Below are positions 36,264-44,585 of a stretch of 44,585 bases of DNA, piece by piece. This DNA is from Phoronis australis (lineage: Eukaryota; Animalia; Phoronida), in NCBI GenBank assembly GCA_002633005.1, contig NMRA01000063.1:1062592-1107176 (forward strand), in the 5' to 3' direction. The position numbers and the translations under genes are program-made. The notes beneath the pieces are model-generated. The model was not told where the DNA came from, did not search any database, and saw only the letters and a program-made list of their open reading frames with translations. Every line of letters starts with the position of its first letter. Positions within the stretch are counted from its first letter, which is position 1.

Positions 36264-36767
36264 GAACCATTTATTTCGTAGGTCAACACAAGCGTTACCA
36301 TGTATCTTAGAACCATTTACTTCGTAAGCCAACACAAGCGTGTACCATTTACCTTAGAGCCATTCACTTCGTAGGTCAACACAAGCCTGTACCATGTATT
36401 TTAAAACCATTTACTTCGTAAGCCAACACAAGCGTGTACTATATACATTAGAACCATTTTATTCGTAGGACAATACAAGCATGTACCATGTATTTTAGAA
36501 CCATTTAATTCGTAGGTCAACACAAGCGTGTACTATATACCTTAGAACCATTTACTTCGTAAGCCAACACAAGCGTGTACCATTTACCTTAGAAACATTC
36601 ACTTCGTAGGCCAACACAAGCTTGTACCATGTATCTTAGAACCATTCACTTTGTAAGCCAACACAAGCGTGTATCATTTACCTTTGAAACATGCACTTCG
36701 TAGGTCAAGACAAGCGTTTACCTGAGAACCATTTACTTCGTAATCCAACACAAGCGTGTACCATGTA
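36264..36767 (+). repeat. 47-bp minisatellite x~11
   Basis: Unit approximately gaaccatttacttcgta(ggtc/agcc)aacacaagcgtgtaccatgtatctta. Confidence 0.95.
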
Positions 36768-37600
36768 GAGGCTACCGGTAAGATTATTTCCAGAAGAAGA
36801 ATTCAAGAACATTTTTTCTAATATTGATCATCAAAACCAATCCCTTTTCTCATTTTTTTTTAGCTAGTCTTCATTATTCCCGCTTTCATTTCTCGCAAAT
36901 TATCAGTTTGCGAAAGTATTTTCTACATTTTTGGCAATTCTTGGTGCGCCGATTCGAGGACGAGACGGTGTCGCTACCTGACGACTGCGTCTGGCACGAC
37001 CGCATTAGAAATTGCGTCAACCGACAGATGCTTTCGTGATCTCATAACGCTAGAGAGTTGTACGTGGAATGTTCCCTGTTAGACATGATTAATAGACTTG
37101 TTTGATTTCCCCTCAACACGTCAACTAGAATTGCCAATGCATGATGGTAGACCATACTATATGCTTTAAACTTGAGGGCGCCAAACACCCATTGCATTTT
37201 GCTTAACATCGAGTGAATGATAAAACAGGAAACTGCTTGTTACCAGGCGTAAAGGGATCAGTGGCACTTCGGGTGGGAGTACTTTTGCAACTGTTGGCGA
37301 TGTGGAGTAAATTGAGTGTAGATCGAGTGAGGGATTCTTATAGTAACTTAGGGAGCGGGGCCTCACTTTGTTTCCTCCTGTGAAAACGCCAGCAACGTTT
37401 GACTACAGACCAGGAACGCTTCTATGGACGTTGCTTAAAGAGATCTCCACATCAGCATAGCAGCTCATTAGCATAGCAGCTCGTTGTTCACTACCAAAGC
37501 TTATAATCAAAGAAATTCTTACAACTCGTCGGTATGTTACTTTTCAAAGACGTTTCCTTAATTAATTGACAAGCATATACTTATGATCAATAAAAATACA

Positions 37601-38034
37601 CGTACTGTGGCATAACGAATGTCGACTGTAGTTTTATGGACGTAGTTTGGCATACCGAATGTCTACTGTAGTTTTATGGACGTTCTTTGGCAGAACGAAT
37701 GTCTACTGAAGTATTATGGACGTTCTTTGGCAGAACGAATGTCTACTGAAGTATTATGGACGTTCTTTGGCAGATCGAATGTCTACTGTAGTTTTATGGA
37801 CGTACTTTGGCAGACCGAATGTCTACTGAAGTATTATGGACGTTCTTTGGCAGAACGAATGTCTACTGAAGTATTATGGACGTTCTTTGGCAGAACGAAT
37901 GTCTACTGTAGTTTTATGGACGTACTTTGGCAGAACGAATGTCTACTGAAGTATTATGGACGTTCTTTGGCATAACGAATGTCTACTGTAGTTTTATAGA
38001 CGTGCTTTGGCAGAACGAATGTCTACTGAAGTAC
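37601..38034 (+). repeat. 40-bp minisatellite x~11
   Basis: Unit cgttctttggcagaacgaatgtctactg(aagtatt/tagtttt)atgga. Confidence 0.97.
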
Positions 38035-38718
38035 TAAACAACAAACGGACAAAACTAGGCATTGTGCACTATGTCCACACACGTGTGTTGTCATCATCAT
38101 TTCACAAGGCCACGATACCCTATAGGTGGCGCTTTGACAGAGGGCATGATTGACTTGATTTATTACCTTAATTGACATGTCGGAACTATCCATTTACAAG
38201 CACTCCTCTATGAATTGAATAATGATAAAAACATAGCCTTCATCCATTTGAAGCGTTTTAAGTCCAAAAACTACATAAGACATTTGGCTTCGACTCGCAC
38301 AAAATTGTCATTCAAGTAAAATAAATAAATCGTGTGACAATCACGGGCGGAAGCTCATAATAAATTTGGTTTCACATTCGTTGAAGTTTGATTGCTTTGC
38401 CCTCTACCCAAACTTTTCGTCCCGCTAGTTAAAAAAAATACACCTGTCCAAATAAAGACATATAAGTTGATAATTCTTGGATGAATTAAAGTTAAATATT
38501 GGTTTTAGTCAGAAAAAATATTGTTTCCCGCAAGAATTTTACGTAGACAGATAGAAGACAGCAAGTTGCTCGTTTCCCAAGAATTTTTTGTTATAAATTT
38601 GCAGGATTTTACTTGTGGAAGAAATTGGCATTTCAGCTGAACGTAAAAGAAAGCTGCATTGACGTATTTCTGGAGGGAGACTCTTTAAAAGATCTTCTCT
38701 CGACGTTTAGCTGGAAGA

Positions 38719-39082
38719 ATAGCACATCACTACCCCGATAGCACATCACTACCACGACAGCACATCATTACCACGATAGCACATCACTACCACGATATCA
38801 CATCACTACCAAGATAGCACATCACTACCAAGATAGCACATCACTACCAAGATAGCACATTACTACCAAAATAGCACTCACTACCAAGATAGCACATCAC
38901 TACCACGATAGCACATTACTACCACGATAGCACATCACTACCAAGATAGCACATCACTACCAAGATAGCACATCACTACCAAGATAGCACATTACTACCA
39001 CGATAGCACATCGCTACCAAGATAGCACTTCGCTACCAAGATAACACATCTCTACCACGATAGCACATCACTGCCACAATAG
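38719..39082 (+). repeat. 19-bp minisatellite x~19
   Basis: Unit atagcacatcactacca(a/c)g. Confidence 0.97.
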
Positions 39083-41961
39083 GTTTACAACAATACTGCA
39101 TGAAATGGCCTCACAACCCATCTATGCATGGCAAGATCGAGGACTTTGCTCAACGCAGTTGCAAACACATCAAGTTGATTATTGATTGGGTATGAACTTT
39201 TATATCTCAGCCGTCATGACTATTGCAGATTGACATTTTCTGTGGTACCAGCGCTCCAAACGATTATAATGTGATTTTATTCATTTGGGAATCGACAATG
39301 TACGCTGATGGAAGATCGTTATTGTTTCATTAAAACAGACGTTGCAGATGAAAAAGTCTTATCAGGACGCTCTCGTTCAAGTACATCTGTTCGAAAAGGA
39401 AAACAGTCAACGGAAATCAAAATATAAGTCATTTCTATGAGTATTCATGCAACCAATTCCAATGCGTGCGATTTTAAACTAAAGCGTCATTACTTTTGGG
39501 CAGATTGTGCCACCGGAAGATCATGCATGTGGCTGAAGCCATGGTACACTCTTTCCCAGTGCTTCGAAAGGTAACACTGTGGAATGTTGGTTATCATGGC
39601 TTCTCATTGGTTAAAGTAATGAAACCGACGTCATACCATTCAGTCATTCCCATTGGTTGAAATCTGGGAACCCCTTTCAGTTTACTGTTATGTAGTCATG
39701 GCGACCACCTTTGACTTGAACAGTCGCAAGTTATTAAAACGGGGAGTGGTCGAAGTAAACAAAATCGGGAGAAACCCCGATCCCGTGGCTAAGCCTTAAC
39801 AAGTATAGTGCATTGAAGGCGTGTGCATGTGGTGGCTATGTGATCGATAAACTTCCACCAAGCATGCGCATTGATGCCCACACACGGACTTCCGTGTGTC
39901 GTCCATCATGTTTCGGCAGCACTGAACAGTTAGAATGTGACCGCGGCCAATTTGTAGTCCCAAACTATTAAAATCTAGGGGTAGACCAGGCTTGGGGGCA
40001 TTTTTAGTTAGGAACTGCAGGTAGGCCAAGTGAATGAATTCCAGGTAGCCCTCAGACAAGCCAGATTTGCAAAAACAAAACAAGTTGGTTGGCAGTACTT
40101 TTGGACCACATTTTTGGAATCGGTAGAAAATTTGCTTTAGGAATCTAATGTGGGCTTTAGTCGAGCACCGGCAGGTTAGTGGTGGTTTTGGGGTGGAGAG
40201 TGCCGATTTTGCGTTTTTTGACCCTATTTTTCTTAGTCTGGCTTGGTTATCAGTAAGATTGAAAGGGTCAAAAATACAAGAAAGAATAAAGTTTATGTGC
40301 TCATCTGTAGGGCTTGTGATGTGAAATGACTCAAAACTTTTCTTTCTTTGCATGCAGTTTTTGACAGAGTGAAGAAAGGGTGACGAGTCCGTTGACGTGC
40401 GTTTTGACAGGCAAACCCCTGTGAGAACAGTTCTGTGCAACCTTCCACTGGGCCACTTTTCAGTATACGTGGCGCTGTGTCAGAGGGTAGAAGCCAAGGC
40501 AGATTTGAACAATACACGCGGTCATCTTAACAGGCTTATGCCGGTCAATCAGCTTGAATGGTTCAGTGTGGAATGTCCGTTTGACTTCGGCTGTTCAATA
40601 AAAATTATCAATAAACAGTAAAATAGGAAGATTTCCTAAATTATAGTCCTGTATGCATTTGCGTTTTCTAAACGTCTAAACTTTGTTCCTATTAAAATAT
40701 ATTCATCAAAGAGAAATTCAACGCCAGTCCATTATAGTCTCAGGCCACAGTAGATGCCTTTGTAGTCCTCCTCCAAAAATGAAGAAAATGGGGTGGGTCG
40801 GGTTTGACGGTCGTTTTGTGGACTAAATGGAAAGTGATTGCCACAAATGATATTCAGTAGATCATTGAAGTTGTTTTGAGTAAACCAAGTCCAGAAATAT
40901 CGCCAGTGCACTTATCTACTTGAATACGGATGTGCCGCCACTTTGAGAGCACATCCTTGTTGAGTCTTGAATCCTTGGCGCGAATCCAGATATCCTTCAG
41001 ACAAGTAAAAATTGTCAAAAATCTGGTTGGTAATGACTCATTTTAACCTGAATTTTTGGAATCTAGACTGAAAGAGCTTGATGGTCTCCTTTCTTGCACC
41101 GGGGCAGTCATGAATTTGTAATACGTAAAAAATGGCCAAAATCGCACTTTTTTGTCTTTTTTGGCATCTCAGTTTTTTCACAGTGGGTGTAGCAAGGAAA
41201 AGACATGACTTTGTTGAATTTGTCTATTTTGAGAAACACCGTGGAGTGTAGGCCTACTTTCGGTCAGTTAAGCCTTTTTTCAGACTGTGACAGCGACAGC
41301 TGTGTAAAAAGGCTTAGATTAATGCAAGCTAGTGATAAGGTCAAATTCAGCCACTGGTACTGAGGTCTTAGTCCGGTAGCAACCGGATGCCATTTTGTTG
41401 GTGCATCACCGCTTGTTAAGTGAAATGATGAGCTGTTGAATGGAGGTCATTAGGGAATAAGTTTTGATTAAACTGGTATGTGTGCAACATCGTTTCAAGA
41501 AACGTTAATCATTATTATCATGTTGGTAACTAAGCTACGTAACCTAGTTTGTGAATACGAACGGCAATAAAGATGGCAAATGTTTCAATAAGAAGACAGT
41601 TTGCTAAAATGAGTTGTGAAGTGGATGACACATTAAGTAATTAAGGATCATGTAATATTAGTAACAAGATAATGGTTGTAGAAAACAATAAATTACTTTA
41701 AAAAGTACTACAATGAAGTATAAACAAAATTCCTAATTCGTAAGTACTATAGCTGACCAGCATTCTATGAATACGCTAACGCCATCACCGTCTCTAACGC
41801 CATATCAATTCTGCTCTTAACAAGTCGTGATGTATTTTAAAGCAATAGCAGACAAATGTTTTCAAATTTGTGCAAATCAATGAAGAGAAACAGATTTAGC
41901 TGATAATATCCAGGCGAATAATTTGAGTATTGTTGGATGCAGCACTAACATGAAGCCAAAC

Positions 41962-42003
41962 TAATCATGTTTTGATGATGTAATCATGTTTTGATGATGT
42001 AAT
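41962..42003 (+). repeat. 19-bp tandem duplication
   Basis: taatcatgttttgatgatg x2. Confidence 0.9.
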
Positions 42004-42783
42004 TTTTCAAACCGATCGATACTATTATCAACAGATTAGTTGAACTAACGTGAACGTGTGACCTGCAAAGGCATCGAGAGGGGGGTCATGGGGGGCCACT
42101 GCCCTGGGCTCGTATCAGCTAAGGGAGTCAGGCGGCAAACGGTGCAATAAAAATGTATATGCCTTGGGGTTTGAGCCCTTCGGCTTCAGGTGGACAAACA
42201 AGATTAAAGTCTGGTACCACGCGAGCTTCAAGACAGCTTCAGAGCAACAGGTCATATAAAATCTCCTTTTAAACCCCAGTTTTGATCTCAGCTAATAGAC
42301 CCCGTGCGGTCTCCAAACTTAGCAGAAAAGTGGGACTGAATCTCCTCTTATTGCATAGCCTACAGCCACTTGGAAAACCAGCCTCCTGTTCAGTAACACT
42401 AGGACCTCGCAAAAAGCAAGACTTCGCGGGATTACGTTAGATATTGCCGTGTATTTTAAATGAGAACATGTGGCTTTGGCTAGATTTTAGCTAGGTCCTA
42501 GTGTAGGTCCTAGCGTTACTGAACGCACGCCCGCATGGGATCTTATAAACTTCCTGCGAATTGCCGCTGTGTATCAAAAGCTTAGCACCTTGACGCCAAG
42601 GGAAAAGAACACACGTATGTAAATATGCCCTCACTTGCCATACCGACATGCGTCAGTATGAAAATCGTTGAAGCAATAGATATATGGGCACACACACAGA
42701 TAATACGAAACATTCCTCCGAATTGAGTCTGTAGATATGTTTTACGATGCACTTTCGCTCATTTGGGCCTACACAGTGACCAC

Positions 42784-42846
42784 GTGACCACCGTCTCTAG
42801 CTGGCCAGTAGATGGCTCTACTGAGCCAGCTAGAGACGGTGGTCAC
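42784..42846. other. Near-perfect 63-nt hairpin (29-bp stem, one bulge, 4-nt loop)
   Basis: gtgaccaccgtctctagctggc-cagtaga [tggc] tctactg(a)gccagctagagacggtggtcac. Confidence 0.9.
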
Positions 42847-43059
42847 TGCTGATTTTCGCCTTTTCTTGAAACTTTTCTCTTCCAAACAGTCACAAAAACC
42901 GGCTTTCATGACAGGTGCTTGGTCAATTGGATCAGGCAGTACTTTCCATTAAGATGGACAAGCACAGATTACAGAGCATTTATCGACCTCTTAAAACCGT
43001 TTAAGGTGGTGATGTAGTGACATCATTTCTAAGATCCATTGGACTATTTACAGTAATCA

Positions 43060-43130
43060 GACTCGGCGGTCTAGTGGTTAATTAAAGTGCTGGTCTGAAC
43101 ACTGAAAGGTCTAAGGTTTCAACCCCGCCG
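43060..43130 (+). mobile_element. Degenerate tRNA-derived SINE head
   Basis: A-box-like ggtctagtggtta and B-box-like ggtttcaaccc at tRNA-like spacing; no intact cloverleaf. Confidence 0.35.
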
Positions 43131-43381
43131 TTTAACAGGAAAAATACAAACCATATGCCTATCAGGATTGTATGAGGTACCGGTACTCGCTCGTCTCACA
43201 ACATATGAACACATGAGGATGGGTGGAGAAATGACCGACCAAAAGGTCGAGTCAAAGTAACTAGCATAGGGCCTGGTGTAATTATACAATACAATTTTAG
43301 AAATGATATTGCACATTGTGAGAATGACTGGTTCGAAATGGCAAATACTTTCTGGTAAAGTAGCGCAGTCAGTTCAGCACT

Positions 43382-43461
43382 AATAAACAGTTACCACCTG
43401 ACGCGTTCTACCTTCCACCGCAATAAACAGTTAACCACCTGACGCGTTCTGCCTTCCACCG
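43382..43461 (+). repeat. 40-bp tandem duplication
   Basis: aataaacagtta(a)ccacctgacgcgttct.ccttccaccg x2. Confidence 0.92.
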
Positions 43462-43870
43462 ACTTCAAAAGTAGCAAGCAATCAGTACTGCGATTATTGC
43501 AAACCGACATGGTTATGACAGACGACGATCAGATGACGCATCATGAAATAGTGAACTAATCTATTAGGGAAGAGATATTGCTTCTCAACCATGTAGACCA
43601 CGTGACAGCAACAAGAATAACCAAAATCTATAGTAATATATAAGTACCGCTGTTGATCAATTGTTTTATCGAAAACTGAAGTTTTTAAATATTCGTTGCC
43701 GGGTCTTACAAAGCTTCTTTGACAAGATAAAGTCGCATTTCTAGTTGTGATACTGCATGAATCTAACGTAACGGTTTCATATTTCCAATTCACATTTAAC
43801 GTAAGCAGTGTTTTACATTATTTCTGGAGGAATAACACAAAAGTACCACAGTAGGTCTGTAAACCGCAGC

Positions 43871-44170
43871 TATGGGCCGCGGAAAGGGCAAAAGAAGTTA
43901 ATAGAACAATCGGACCTAATTCGTAAAAATCAAACCTAATTCGTAAAAAATATCCTGTTTGGAAAATCAATCCTTGTTCGTAAAAATAAAACCTAATTCG
44001 TAAAAATCGGTCCTGTTTGGAAAATCAATCTTGACATGTAAATATCAAATTTGTTTTGAATATCAAACCTGTCGGTGGAAACGGGAACTGGCTAAGTGTG
44101 CGGAAACGGCAAAATTACGAATTAGGTTTGATTTTTCTATAAACTATTTTTGCCCTCTCCGCGGCCCATA
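43871..44170. mobile_element. 300-bp MITE with ~55-bp TIRs and TA at both ends
   Basis: tatgggccgcggaaagggcaaaa...acctaattcgtaa vs ttacgaattaggt...ttttgccctctccgcggcccata; internal aaacctaattcgtaaaaa and tcctgtttggaaaatcaatc subrepeats. Confidence 0.8.
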
Positions 44171-44304
44171 CACATCACCTAAAGTGACATTACCGTTAAG
44201 AAAAGATTCCGTGATGAGCCTCAACGAGGAATCGAACCTCCCACAATCGCGATCACAACTTGCAACCCCCTGCTGGGGACCTAAACCCTCCTCCATCAAT
44301 GGCT
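44171..44304 (-). mobile_element. tRNA-derived SINE 5' region
   Basis: Minus strand: A-box-like tggaggagggtttagg (44280-44295) and a perfect B-box ggttcgattcc (44228-44238) in a gag..ctc stem; no canonical anticodon arm. Confidence 0.5.
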
Positions 44305-44455
44305 GAAGAGAGCAAATCAGCCGGGTTTTCTCCCATTAACATATATTAAACACGACTTTCAACATCCAATTCTAAAACAAAATAATGCTCTGTGATTTGA
44401 AAACACATTTCAAAGTCTGCTACGGACAAGCGTGACTATTAGCAAACTACACGGC

Positions 44456-44585
44456 AACTGTGAGGAATGACCACCTAGCATACACGAACTGTGAGGAATG
44501 ACCACCTAGCATACACGAACTGTGAGGAATGACCACCTAGCATACACGAACTGTGAGGAATGACCACCTAGCATACACGAACTGT
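44456..44585 (+). repeat. 31-bp perfect tandem repeat, at least 4 copies, runs off the window end
   Basis: Unit aactgtgaggaatgaccacctagcatacacg; no spacers. Confidence 0.97.

Noticed and set aside
37676-37975. 99-aa repetitive ORF
   Set aside because: Translation of the 40-bp minisatellite.
39796-40440. Longest ORF in the window (214 aa, minus) as PKG exon 1 or a nested gene
   Set aside because: No leucine zipper, pseudosubstrate or recognisable domain; non-ATG start (TTG); composition looks non-coding. A blastp hit or RNA coverage would reopen it.
43060-43130. Functional tRNA gene (also considered for 44215-44304)
   Set aside because: A/B boxes are present but acceptor and anticodon stems do not pair canonically; better explained as SINE heads.
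44456-44585. 31-bp repeats (and the 34-, 40- and 47-bp arrays) as CRISPR arrays
   Set aside because: Units are head-to-tail with no unique spacers, there are no cas genes, and the context is eukaryotic intronic DNA.

Overview
Eukaryotic (invertebrate-like, AT-rich, intron- and repeat-rich) genomic DNA; no prokaryotic operon, rRNA or CRISPR array is present. Two genes converge tail-to-tail. (1) The terminal coding exon of a steryl-sulfatase/arylsulfatase D-E-like gene lies on + at 6257-6600. (2) A cGMP-dependent protein kinase (PKG) gene lies on -. I reconstructed it by hand as 13 GT-AG exons with consistent phases from 35054 down to the stop at 15948 (about 599 aa: both cGMP-binding domains, kinase domain, AGC tail). 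Its N-terminal leucine-zipper/autoinhibitory exon was not found in the window. A further frame-preserving 105-nt Ser/Thr-rich candidate cassette exon (29471-29575) sits in the regulatory-catalytic linker. The rest is a dense mix of transposon relics (an AcademX-like fossil, a Kolobok-type foldback with THAP-like starts in both arms, a TIR element flanked by an ~80-bp direct duplication, a Helentron/HINE-like element, MITEs, a LINE RT fragment, tRNA-derived SINE heads) and many minisatellites. Most ORFs in the supplied track are artefacts of repeats or of exon read-through into introns. I cannot support a wholly new biological system here; the best leads are the PKG cassette exon and two oddly built transposon derivatives.
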